Assembly: GCA_002633005.1 (NCBI GenBank)
Contig: NMRA01000363.1
Location: forward strand, 119,536 to 183,535
Direction of reading: 5' to 3'
Length of the DNA: 64,000 nucleotides
Origin: Phoronis australis
Lineage: Eukaryota; Animalia; Phoronida
Under the pieces are notes generated by a model. That model did not search any database. It was not told the origin of the DNA and saw nothing but the letters and a program-made list of their open reading frames with translations. This document shows positions 51,701 to 63,240 of the stretch, one piece after another. How positions within the stretch are numbered: position 1 is the first letter of the stretch; each line of letters starts with the position of its first letter. The position numbers and the translations under genes were made by a program.

Positions 51701-54524
51701 CTACAAACGTTGAAACATTAAAGAACTATAGAACTGCTTGGACAACTGTCACATATATTTTGCCCACTATTTTGAGAACCAATTTTATCCTCTGAATATG
51801 TGGCATTTAACTGGTTCTCAAAATGTAGGCACCTTATAATGAAATTGTACTCGGAGGTAACGTGCCACGATGCCCCTTATTCAGTTAAGTGTTTATGTAT
51901 TGTAAATTTCAGTACTATATTTAAGGCAAACAAAAGTTATCTATATAATTGCAGGTCACTACAAACATCTGTTGAGTGATTATTTCTGACGAGAGCGCTT
52001 TTCAAATGCACAATCCAGGCTGTTATTACTGAGTGTTGTAGCATTTTAGTTTGCATTCTTCCAAAAATCCTCAGGAAAATAAATTCTTGAAATACTATGC
52101 CCCGAAATTGTTGCTCTCAATGCAGGGTAAAGAATTGTTACTGACATGTGTACGACTATTGTACACAAACTTTGGCACTATACACAGTTGGTTAATTTAA
52201 TTTAATCAATATTGATGTGTGCAGTAAGAACGTAAGCGGTATGCCGTAAACTTTATTTAAATTTAAAGACATGTAGTTCGTCACGGTTGATTTATGCACG
52301 GCTCTGACCATGCACATGACTCTGGAAACTTTTGAAAACGCACACTTGGTTTCTTTATGCAGATACACTTTTAGTCCTCACGTACCGACAATGCGGGCTC
52401 AAAGTGCATCAACTAAACTAGTTAATTATTGAAAGTCTATTGTGGACTTTTTAATATACCGTATTCACTGCATTTGTATTAATTGGAATGCAAAAATACT
52501 TTGCATATGCACAATTACTTTTAGTGCTTTTGTGAACATGCCAGATAGCTAATGTCATGAGTCGAAGTCCAGTATGTGAAGAAAACGTTCACGTTTTGTA
52601 ATTCAAAACTACTTGCGTTGTCCATGATCCCAATGTTCAGTTACTGGTTGTCTTACACAAAACAGTGACACATCAATTAAAACTGGGTTAATTTATTTCA
52701 CCCTGTGCAGAGTGCAGAGACCAACACGCAATGTGACAATAGCCTGACAACCTATTGTGCAACTGAAACTCTAGCCTGAAAATAACAGCCGACCACCTTA
52801 AAGTTGGGTCGGCTGATGGCCAGTTGGCAATCAAGAGGTGGTTGGGGGGGGGGGTGGCCTTATGATTTGGCAGTACGATCGGCTGATAGTCAGCTATTTT
52901 GCCTACCTGAGTCCTCGACTCCTATCCAACCAGTCGGACAAACATTTGTGATGCGTGTTGTATGTTATGGTTTGCAAGATGGGCCAATGGTCGTATGAAC
53001 TTGACTGAAATGCGCCAAAAAAAAATTCAAGAGTGTCAAATTTGGGAAACAATCGTTCTGTAAACCTTAGTGATGGTGTCATAGTACATTACTAGACGGT
53101 GAAGCATCCATTTTCTGATCTAGTTCCTTACTGTGACATTAATTGAAGTTTCCAGTTGCTTAGATGTATCTAAACTTGACTGCTGGGAGCGGCCATGTGC
53201 CATAGTATGCCTGTTATTCCTACCCCTGTCTCCACTGACAACTCCGCCAATGTGCCTGACCCACTCTTGGTAGGCCTATGACCTGTTGGCACTTAATAGC
53301 TTTTCACGAATAAATCAACTGCGTTTACAGCGTCTCGTTATGACAGACAAGGTGAATAACCCACAGTTAATGTTGATTGTTGGTGGTGCTGGACTTCTCA
53401 TCAATGTGATTGGCCTCTTCTTGTTTGGTAAGTTATGTCCCCTCAGTCTCACCTTCATGATTGTAAGTAATGAATGATCTTCCAACAAACCAAATTTTTT
53501 ANCAAACATTTGTGATGTGTGTTGTATGTTATGCTTTGCAAGATGGGCCAATGGTCGTATGAAGTTGACTGGTTGAACCGAAATGCGCCGAAAAAAAATT
53601 CAAGAGTGTCAAATTTGGGAAACAATGGATCTGTAAACCATAGTGATGGTGTCATAGTACATTACTAGACGGTGAAGCATCCATTTTCTGATCTAGTTCC
53701 TTACTGTGACATTTATTGAAGTTGCCAGTTGCTTAGATGTATCTAAACTTGACTGCTGGGAGCAGCCATGTGCCATAGTATGCCTGAACGAAGACGGGTG
53801 TTATTCCTACCCCTGTCTCCACTGACAACTCCGCCAATTTGCCTGACCCACTCTTGGTAGGCCTATGACCTGTTGGCACTTAATAGCTTTTCACGAATAA
53901 ATCAACTGCGTTTACAGCGTCTCGTTATGACAGACAAGGTGAATAACCCACAGTTAATGTTGATTGTTGGTGGTGCTGGACTTCTCATCAATGTGATTGG
54001 CCTCTTCTTGTTTGGTAAGTTATGTCCCCTCAGTCTCACCTTCATGATTGTAAGTAATGAATGATCTTCCAACAAACCAAATTTTTTAGGACTTTCGTTG
54101 TTCATTATTGGTTTAATTCTCAAAGCCCTATGCTCTAATTAAGTCATTTTAAAGTGCTGATCACGAACTGCATTGGATGACATTTGAAGTGTCAAAAACC
54201 AATCGCTTGCAAGCAGTGCATTACTCTCTTTGAACTATGATGTTTATCATGTAAAATAAGAGTCACAACTGGCTGTGTGGACTTGAACAGAGGGTTGAAG
54301 GTTGTGCTGCCTGAGTCATCCAGTGTAATCATTTACTAAGTTCTGGTGGCAGCAGCAGCAGACAGCAGCAGCAGGCAGCAGACAGCTGCAGCATTTCCCT
54401 AAAAGGCCTTACCAAGCCGCACATGTCAACAGCTAGGGGATCTTCTGGCTATTTAAAGGGAAGTGATGGTTCTTTAAGAAGATATGAGATCATGGAAATA
54501 ATTTTGTAGTAGCACAGCAGGCAG

Positions 54525-54563
<39 letters not shown>

Positions 54564-57500
54564 TAAACAGCATTTCAATAAAAGACCTTACCAAGCCGCA
54601 CATGACAACAGAGTATCTTTTGGACATATAAAGGAAGTGGAGTTTCTTAAGGAAGAGATGAGATTACGGAAATAATTTGTAATCTTATGACAGATTTGGT
54701 GGACTGGTCTTGCTTTTACACCCGTGCATGAATTTAAATAGCATTCGCATGTGCCAGGTGTATATTTTGGCGTGTGTAAATTACATTTTGATGTCCTCTG
54801 GTGTACACGCAGGTGTAAACGCCGTCATGTAAACAGGGCTTATGACATATTAACACAGCTGGTGCCTGGGAAAAAGGTGCACGTCGTTTACCCAGTGCTA
54901 TCGCTGATATGTGTTGCCTCCATTGTCCTAAGTTGCGTAGCTGAGCATTTTCTCATCGAAGCCTGCTCATTATGTGCATGTCTGTAGTCATGCACTCACA
55001 TATTTATAGGCATTATGCCATCATTTCCGTCCGTCTGGTGTCCGCTGCTCTATCTACGTGTTCTTTTCATGTATGGGACGGCATGAATGAACTGTAAGAC
55101 GGATCCGACTACCGGTGTGCCCCCTAATGGCAATTTTTATTTTTTTACGCTTACCTCTGAACCTTCAAAGGTCCTCAACGTATTTTCATAAAATTTGGCA
55201 TATAGGCATCTATTATTGAGATGACGCTATCCTACTGTTTTTGGATGGATTCGTTTTAGTTTGCGCCACCTAGTGGCCATTTTTTTACTGTTTTCGACCC
55301 TGTTTTTTAACATCCACCCCTCTATCAACCAAACCGCTCTAAGGATGATTATGAAAATTGACATGTATGTTGACTTCTTGCTATGAAGAGGACAGCTCAT
55401 GATTTTCTGACTTCGACTACTGTGGCGCCTCCTAGTGGCAGTTTTTTTGCACCCATGGCTGTATGTCCTAAACCATTTGCAGGATCTTTACTAAGATGTT
55501 GATAACGGACGACCACGACTTTCGGACAGTTCTGACTCCCGGTGTGCCTCCTAGTGGCAATTTTAGTTCTTTACATTTACCTCAGTCTGTATTTTCAAAG
55601 GTCCTAAACGGATTTTCATAACATTTGGAATATAGGCATCTCTTAGTGAGATGACACTATCCTCCTGCTTTTGGAATGAATCGAGGTATTTTGACCACCT
55701 AGTGGCCATTTTTGCTGTTTTTTGAATCTACCTTCTGTCAACCAAACCAATAATGGTGATTTTGAAAATTGGCGTATATGTTCTCAGTGTGAAGAGGACG
55801 TTTGACGATGATGACTTTGACTACTGTGGTGCCTCCTTGTGGTAGTTTTGTTTTGTTTTACGCCTATAACTGTATCTTCTAAACCCATTGCAGGATCTTT
55901 ATTAAATTTAATAAATGTATTTATATAAAGCTTACTACAGATGACCACTTTTAAGCGGATGCATCAAACGCTGTGTCTCCTAGAGCAATTTCATCTTTTT
56001 TGTTTTCTTTCCTCATAAGATCTTTGACAGATTTTAATGAAATTTGATAAGTACCAGCTTACTATTAATTAAAAGAAGCAATGGCATTTTCCCGTTTTCG
56101 GGTCATACGTTCTTGCACCATCTAGTGGCCATTTGATGATACAAATAAGCAACCCGGCCTAGAAGCACCTCGTTTTCGGTAGGTGCATTTCACCGCTTGG
56201 CATTGTTCTCGTACTTAAGTGGACACCCAAGTCCAATGTCAACTGTAACATTTATTTTAGGTCATGGCCACTCCCACGGTGGTGGAGGTAGCCACACGCA
56301 TTCTCATGGTGGAAACCGTGACCATTCTCACTATGATAGTCATGTCCATTCGCCTGCTGTCAACGGCCAAGCTATCCATCATGGAGACCTGTTGCCGCCT
56401 GCTACCGATGCAGAAACGGCAAACCTTACAGCAGACATTACATCACAGCAAGAAGACCAGGATGTAATCGAGGCTGGAGAGGACAACTGTCACCTGTCAT
56501 GTGTCACCATTATGGAGGCGGAGCTTTACGAAAAAGCAGTGGCCACTGAGAAGGCGCGGAAAAAGGCTAAGTCAGGTAGGATATCGGCCAGATAGGATAC
56601 CAGCCATATCAGCCAGGTATTATATCAGCCAGTTGATATCAACCAGGTGGATATCAGCCAGGTGGATATCAACCAGGTGTGATATCAGCCATGTAGGATA
56701 TCAGCGAGGCAGGGTATCATCCAGGTATGATGTCGGCTCCATTGCTGAATGCTTATTGTGACCTAGAATCATCTGAGTCACTTAATGTCCGACCATAAAA
56801 ATGGGAAAACACTGTAAGTGACATTAAAACAACACATTACTTGTGTGAAGTTAAAGATCTAGCAGCACACGTTTTTAACTCTTATTAGGTGGTTAGAACA
56901 TGTTATAACGAAGTCGTCAGTGCCTACAGGTTAATTCTAACGAAATCGGTTGGTAAAAAATTCATAAAAATTCAACTTGTCACGAACTGGAGCCGAGTGG
57001 AACTTCACCATTTTAATTTGATGCTAAGTCCGAAGTGAGATTTAAAGGAACAATTGAGTAGCAAGGCGGTCTATTCGACAGAGCCAAACATGTTTTGCAG
57101 AGAGTAAGTTAACTCTGGTAAACAGTATAAACAAAACATAACAAAGAACGTGCAATATCAGAATAACTAGGTAGAATTACTTCACATGAGTAAAAATATT
57201 CTGACAACTTGTGAAAGTATTCAATATAGATGTAGACAGAGAAAAAGTAAGATACCGGTGGTCTCCGACAATTATGTTCGGCGGCTGACGGACAACAATG
57301 AGCGACGGCCAACAGTGAGCGATGGCCTATTTCTTGTAGAAGACCAACTGGTGGCAAAATAACTTCTAAAGAAAAACTTGGTATGTTGCGAAATAGTATT
57401 AATAATAGCTCCACAGTTCATGTTACTAAGAGATTAAAAAATACTGGGTCATGCTCCTAACACTACGATATTTTCCCATCACCAACAGTCAGGTCATAGA

Positions 57501-60500
57501 CTACAATTCACTACTCCTCTCGTTTGCATTTTCAATCGCGGAATATAAATTGATTTCCAGGCAACAAAAGTATGGATTGCAAATTTTTGTCATGTTTTAA
57601 ATTATGTTTTGTCTAATAGTTTGAAATTTAAGTCAATCAGCATGTGATTATTTTCCTGACGAAATGACATATCAGGTACCTGCTAAGAAAAGTTCACCGA
57701 TTGTGATGTCCGAGCAGCAAAAATCAAGCACAGGTGCGCGTTATTGAAATTCAGGTGAATTTTATGTTATTAACGGCAAGTAAAGGCGGTGCCGATTTGC
57801 TGCTAAAGTACAAAATGCACTGTCGGTAATCATACGACAATTGCTGGTACTTTGCATCGTAAATGACAATAAAGAAAAGACATTTGCCGATATAGAAAAA
57901 TTAATTAAGGTTTTCATTCTAATTTATTACCAGAATGGGCACTGTTGCTGAAATTTGATATACCCTCACGATGAGTCAGGGCACCAGTAATTCTAGCTGT
58001 GGGAGATGCGACCTATTCATAATAAAAATTATTTTAAACTCGTCATATGCAAAGAACAGATAAAATTTGGATAATAGATTTATTTATCAAATTTGTATTA
58101 TAAGAATCTAATTCAGAAAAACAAAAAAACAACAAAATAGCAATTCTTATAGGCTCATGCTGATATCAATACGTTTTCGAGGACAAGATAGCCGTCATTC
58201 AGAACTCATTCCTAATAACTGATGCATATGGAACTCAGGTCACTGGAATAAACTGACATAGTTGATGATTTTCTGATCTCTGCCAAGGTACAATTGCGCT
58301 CAAAAAGGCTTTTAGTTTGACAGCAGAAAAGAGGTAACATTATGCCATATTACATTTTACTTATTTTGAATTTTTTTTATCTAGATTAAACCTTTGAGAT
58401 TAAGTACTTAAAGATATGGTAACACGTAGGGGACACAAAAGCCATTCTTTACAAAAAGAGACCGAGACAGCAAGCTCAACATTGTGACTTAAGTATCATG
58501 TTTATAAATACCAGCTCACATGAAATTTTTTGTCGGGAGACGTCACGTTTTGTTATTGGCGACAATCTGTTGAATTGATGAACCACCCCACACAATATAT
58601 TTTTGTCGTGTACATTGTCTTTGATGAAAAATCGTGTCATGTGCTGACCATTATGCATTCAGGAGCACTTAAATGTTGTATTTTGTGGGATACAAGAGGC
58701 TGTGGTGAAAGTCTGTTCACCATGTGCTGTTTGTACTCTGGTCATATATTAATAAAGCATAAAAATATTTCCAGGTGATCAGTGCAATGGGCCCACATGC
58801 GAGGCCTGCGCACGTCTGGTACAACGTGTATCAGACCGCCTGCAATTATTATTTTATACTCTGGTCAGTTTCTCTCATTTACTTGTACAGTGGCCAGCTT
58901 GTTCATTGCAGCATCCAGCACTCAGCTGAACATGCGAGGTGTATTTCTGCATGTTTTGGGTGATGCGCTGGGTTCAGTGGTCGTCTGTATCAGTGCGCTT
59001 ATCATCTGGTTTGTTGAAGGCAGCTGGGTTGTGTATGTCGACCCAGCTATGAGGTGAGTTTGAAGAGGGCCTTCGCTCTCCCGAGGGAAAGGTGCCTGTA
59101 TCTTCTAAAGGGGAATTTTCGCTGTCTTTTTTACTAAGAGGGGATATTTCGTGTTGTTTTGTGCTTAGAGGGGAATTTTTTGTTTTGTTTATTTAATGCA
59201 CTGTTTTTATTACTGTACAACACTCTTCTATGCCTCACAAATAAGCAAGTGTCAATTTTAAGTTAAATAATAAAGATTAAGTCACTGTTACATTTATTTG
59301 CGAGGGGAGTGGAGTTGATATTTGGCCCCAAATTTGAGGCATTGAGGGTCCTGAGTTATGAATGAAGATTTCCACTCCCCATGCAAAAACCTGGAAAATG
59401 AAAAAATAATTTCTGTGGTTGGAAAACTCACAAAAATGAAAAATAAAGTTTGAAGTTATAGAAAACTCGTAAAAAGTGTGATAAGATTAGTAAATGTAAT
59501 TAACCTGATTTTGTAAGACATATTTTGAGTTCTTAGCATCACCTTAGCTACTTAATCTCGGTCTTCTTTATGTGGAGAAAAGTAATTCATCAAGTTTGAA
59601 ATTTATGGCCTGAAAACCCCATGCTCATTAAATTGTTTCACATGATGTATTCTTAATGTTGCGAGATTGCATTTTTGTTAAATTTTTTTTAGTAGGAAAA
59701 GAATAATTATGGAAAAACAAAAGCCAGTGGTTTGCAACTGATAACAATGAGCATTGTTGGCATAATGACAAAATACACCCCTTGAAATACTTTTAGTCTG
59801 GAAATATTATTGTTGGGGGTTTTATTCTTTTTACTTGAGATTGAACTCAAAACTATTTTTGCCATTTTCTATAATTTTTCATATGTGCCAACCCAAGATG
59901 AGAGGAGGCGGTGTGGTCTAGTGTGATGTTGCCCGCCTTCTTTACTCGAGGTCATGGGTTCCAGTCCCACTGGGACGCACTGCTAGACCCTTGAGTCAGG
60001 TTTCTAGCTCCTCAGCTCGGTTTTAACTATATACTAATAAAGCACAAGAATATTTCCAGGTGATCAGTGCAATGGGCCCACATGCACGGCCTGCGCACGT
60101 CTGGTACAATGTGTACCAGACCGCCTGCAATTATCATTTTCATAACCCAAGATCAGTGTCTATTATTATGCCTGTCTAATCCTAGGTTGTACATAATGAC
60201 ATCATTGAGGCTATAAGTTTAGAGTCTGAACTCAAAATTTTGATTTTTTCTCAAAATCAATTTTTATCTCGAATTTAGAATTGTCATCAAATGCAAACTT
60301 GGAACAGAGTGGAGAGACATTTGCATAAATTATTTTAATATCTTATGTTTGCATAAAACTAGAATGGAAAATTCAAAAAATAATTTTAAGTCCGATTTTA
60401 AATACCAAGATTAGATCTCGGCCCTAGGTGAGGGTATCATAGATATTTTTGGCTTTCATTTTGGAGAAGTGCTGCTAATGTTTTGCTGCCAACAAATGTG

Positions 60501-60802
60501 CCTGCCTCCTGATGGTGGTGAATTACTGCAGGCGAGTGTGCCCTCTGTTGATAATGAATGTCTGTAGACTTATGTTCTTTCTGTTTTAGTCTCATCATGG
60601 TTTGCATCATACTTGCCAGCACAGTGCCTCTGTGTAAGTCTGTTTTACTGGTATCTTATTTAATATGAGACCTCTTTGACAACCTTTTTTAGCTCTGTAT
60701 TCTTCAGTTTGCTGCAGGATGTCAAATGGCAAATTTATCTTTAAAATCTGCTTTGAAACATTTTCTGACCCGAATTGTTTGTTTGGGGTGCAAAGGTTTC
60801 CT

Positions 60803-60841
<39 letters not shown>

Positions 60842-62725
60842 NNNNNNNNNNNNNNNNNNNNNNNNNAGGGGAGAGAGGAGAGTTTGTTATGAACAACACA
60901 AAAAGTAAACGTACAATGCAAGTTTATTTAAAAACGTAAATTAAATGTAGTTTACAATGACGATTTGTACACAGGGACTTTGGATACAAGGGAAACTGCA
61001 CAGTTAAAAAAGCATAATTTTTATGTCTAAGATGTAAGACAGGTGATCACGATTACTTCAATTAGAACGTGCATAATAATATAAAAAGTTGCACTAAGAG
61101 CTGTTAGTGCTTAATATGTGCTTGATATGCCAATTTTGTCTGTTACATATCTGAAATGGGGTTTGAATGCCACTAACTACAAACGTTACTTTTTGACCAC
61201 TACAGAACTCTTTTCTTCAGAGATTGTAGACCAGAAGTGACCGTTAATAATAAGTATGGCCTACACATTTTATCCAGTAGGCTGACTTAATATGTACGTA
61301 ATGACCCAATTAGAATTGAAAAACGGACAATCACCGCACATGCAGTTCATATTGATTCAATGTTTCGTCTATTCATTGGACATCATCTGGTTATAAACAA
61401 TAAAACATCAGGGCTGGGTATGCATAAAACTTCAAAATTATCCGCTGAATAAGTTTGATTGTAGCATGACTTCAGGTGCATTGTTCACCGATAACAACGT
61501 GACGCGTGATAATTCAACGTCATTGTTGCTATACGGCGTATAACAGTTATGCAACTGGGCCCAGGTGTCGACATACCAGTCAAGTTACGTCCATGTAGTG
61601 AAATGAGTGTAACAAGAAATACAGGCAATAGTATATAGGTCATCACCATAGCTATAGTGTCACTGAACTCTGCATGTTATAACATGCAGAGGTCATCATT
61701 TAACCTTTGTTGGCCTGAGCAAGGAATTAAGCTTTATAGCTTACTTTACTTCTAGTGAAAGAGTCCAGCTACATACTGCTGCAGAGTGTACCTCAACATA
61801 TTAAGGCTGCTGATGTAAAGGAGAAGATTTTACAGGTGAGTCCTGCAGTGAGGTCAAGACAACTAAGGCTGACCTGTACCCTCTAATTGATGTATTACCA
61901 GCTTAACTGACCAATCAGTATGTTCGTGTCCAAGCCGCCATTTTACCCGACAAATAACGTGTTGTGTAAAACTTATTGTTTGTTTGTCAACTTTTTGCAA
62001 GGGGGTGGAGCTTGCAATTGGTCAATTTGCTAGCAGTTGTGGTATTATGTATGGCACGTTGCGGCTGTTTTATTTTCCGCCAGGCATTCTATCTCAAAAA
62101 CTGCTTCAGAAACCATGTCATTTGTTTCTACCTTGGAGAGGATGGCTCCAGCCAATATTCTGACTATGTGTTAGTTTTGTTTTCACGTCTGCCAATAAAA
62201 CGTCTGGGTTGATCTGTGTGAAGTGTCTGGCTGGATCTGTGCCAAGTGTCGCAGACGAATTTTTTAAGGTGGTGGATGACACTCGACAATTTTCTCTTGA
62301 AAATTCGGATGTCCATGAAATTTGATTTGCTGATACATTTTTAAAGTGGAGTATCTTTTTAGCCTATTCTTACCATTGCAGTATCTTGTGGAGGTCAGAT
62401 TTGTGGAGTAAGCGAAGTGTAGTGTGTAAGACTGACAAGGACCTCAAATAATGTAGAATTTGCTCTGCATTTAGGAAGTACTCGACGTGATAATCTTCAT
62501 GGGTCAGGACTAATTGGACAGTCTACTCTTTTCTAGCTGAATGGTGTTTTAGGTCTGCACGAATTCCATGTCTGACAGTTGACTGGTAACCGTGTGATCG
62601 CGTCAACACACATCAAGATTGACAGTACTAGTCTAGCGGACTATGTTCGCATTTCTGACGAGATCAAGAAGGTGTTCGATGACGAAGGTATTCATTCTGT
62701 CACAGTGCAGCCTGAGTTTATTAAG
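45528..62725 (+). CDS. SLC30A1: Zinc transporter ZnT1/SLC30A1-like (CDF family); in-frame TGA at 62573; 3' end not seen
   Basis: Exons 45528-45710, 48876-48998, 53331-53427 (or 53918-54014), 56261-56575, 58912-59053, 60590-60633, 61756-61835 and 62537-62725, all phase-compatible. Motifs: ALVADSFHMLSD, NTFGWQRAEVLGA, His-rich loop HGHSHGG, LNMRGVFLHVLGDALGS, YVDP, ILLQSVP, HEFHV*QL, GIHSVTVQPEF. Confidence 0.93.
46458..46826 (-). mobile_element. Putative 3' LTR of a Ty1/copia element
   Basis: On the minus strand a PPT-like AAGTGGGGG is followed directly by TGTTGA (46826) and a matching TCAACA at 46458; internal AATAAA and short tandem repeats. Confidence 0.6.
46944..47790 (-). mobile_element. 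5'-truncated non-LTR retrotransposon fragment with RNase H domain
   Basis: REWP..IIVATDGS..GWG..TSSTRMEFEAI and WSFVPGHAGVLINERADYLAG; 9-bp TSD AGTTTTACA at 46935-46943 and 47791-47799. Confidence 0.85.
47800..48640 (-). mobile_element. Ty1/copia pol remnant (RT-RNase H)
   Basis: KDLGQISWFLSIEF..SQSQY..VLEKFGMQDCKPKSTP, GFCDAD, CDSQSA..KNPVVHQSSKHIDIRYHFVRD..VPTDQNVADLFAKP, with frameshifts. Confidence 0.93.
48876..48998 (+). CDS. ZnT exon 2
   Basis: VSKIKSPKNTFGWQRAEVLGAMVNAVFLVALCFNIAVESIQ. Confidence 0.93.
50094..52962. mobile_element. ~2.9-kb TIR DNA element in ZnT intron 2 (PIF/Harbinger-like ends)
   Basis: atactgcacacatcacaaaattttgtccgac / gtcggacaaacatttgtgatgcgtgttgtat imperfect TIRs with ccgac/gtcgg subterminal repeats; no intact ORF. 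Confidence 0.6.
53331..53427 (+). CDS. ZnT exon 3, copy A
   Basis: RLVMTDKVNNPQLMLIVGGAGLLINVIGLFLF, 97 nt. Confidence 0.75.
53918..54014 (+). CDS. ZnT exon 3, copy B (identical)
   Basis: Same 97-nt exon 587 bp downstream. Confidence 0.75.
54349..54682. repeat. Two ~175-bp units each headed by a (CAG)n tract
   Basis: ccttaccaagccgcacatg...ggaaataatttgta occurs twice, with a CAG run before each. Confidence 0.8.
54940..56210 (+). mobile_element. Helentron/DINE-like non-autonomous element with ~430-bp internal tandem repeats
   Basis: ccgtccgtctg microsatellite seed, repeated aaatttggcatataggcatc units and recurring gcc(a/t)cctagtgg motifs. Confidence 0.55.
56261..56575 (+). CDS. ZnT exon 4 (His-rich cytosolic loop)
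   Basis: GHGHSHGGGGSHTHSHGGNRDHSHYDSHVH... Confidence 0.92.
56578..56730. repeat. ~15-bp tandem repeat (gatatcagccaggtg) directly after the exon 4 donor
   Basis: About 9 imperfect copies. Confidence 0.85.
58912..59053 (+). CDS. ZnT exon 5 (TM5); alternative in-frame exon start at 58891
   Basis: ASSTQLNMRGVFLHVLGDALGSVVVCISALIIWF..YVDPAM. Confidence 0.92.
59905..60010 (+). mobile_element. tRNA-derived SINE head
   Basis: A-box-like tggtctagtg and B-box-like ggttccagtccc, followed by the core-like cccttgagtcagg; no acceptor stem. Confidence 0.6.
60590..60633 (+). CDS. ZnT exon 6 (TM6, 44 nt)
   Basis: SLIMVCIILASTVPL, TTTTAG acceptor, GTAAGT donor. Confidence 0.88.
60806..60866. repeat. (GA)n microsatellite running into an assembly gap
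   Basis: GA run then N at 60842-60866. Confidence 0.95.
61756..61835 (+). CDS. ZnT exon 7
   Basis: LKESSYILLQSVPQHIKAADVKEKILQ. Confidence 0.9.
62537..62725 (+). CDS. ZnT exon 8 (C-terminal domain) with in-frame TGA
   Basis: LNGVLGLHEFHV*QLTGNRVIASTHI..GIHSVTVQPEFIK. Confidence 0.88.
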
Positions 62726-62989
62726 GTAAGGTATGCTCACATTACACTGCAGCTGCAATCGCAAGGGGGCGTTTCTGGCCACGAATTTCATTGTTGATCC
62801 GAAACTTTGCGTACTCTTCAACGTTAATTAGGTCGTGATAAAATAGCGTTTTTGTCGTTCGTGACAATGTTGAGCAAATAAAATTCATTTACTACGAACG
62901 CTTGTTGCGTCGGGACATTTCCACCTGGTCTCCTTTTGAATGAATGGGTTAATTTTCGCTCGCCTCGGTGATCCAGGGATTCAAAATTA

Positions 62990-63240
62990 GGTCATACACA
63001 GGAGAGCTGTAGTCATTGGTCCCTACTCATGCTGAGTTGTCTGGCCTTGATGTAGACACCTTCTTTGTCTTTCTGAGCATACCAGTGCTTTTCTCTGGCC
63101 AGAACCCGGGCATTGTCCCTGTCAGTAGTGTGGCCAGTGTTGCGGGCATGATCACCAGTGCCAGTGGGTCTATTCAACTTGGGAGAGTGTTCCTTCGTTT
63201 TAGTTGACAGAGAGCGTTTAGTTTCCCCTATATAGGTGTG
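62990..63240 (-). mobile_element. Penelope-like element GIY-YIG endonuclease remnant
   Basis: Minus strand TYIGETKRSLSTKTKEH..TGTGDHARNTGH..DNARVLARE..RKTK, then after a frameshift EGVYIK...MSRDQ*LQLSCVYD. Confidence 0.8.

Larger units (their letters stand above)
52939..54087 (+). repeat. Near-identical tandem duplication (~560-590 bp) joined at an N (53502)
   Basis: 52939-53500 versus 53503-54087 differ only by scattered SNPs and indels. Confidence 0.9.

Noticed and set aside
54349-54565. Polyglutamine coding exon
   Set aside because: The CAG runs lie in a duplicated intronic unit with frame-breaking interruptions and no fitting splice phase.
59905-59985. tRNA gene
   Set aside because: A and B boxes are present but there is no cloverleaf or acceptor stem, and it continues into a SINE-like core.
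60055-60080. Iron-responsive element (CAGTGC loop)
   Set aside because: The flanking bases do not form the 5-bp upper stem with a bulged C, and the site is intronic.
62573-62575. Selenocysteine codon in ZnT
   Set aside because: The homologous residue is Trp, not Cys. No SECIS is visible, although the 3'UTR is not in view.
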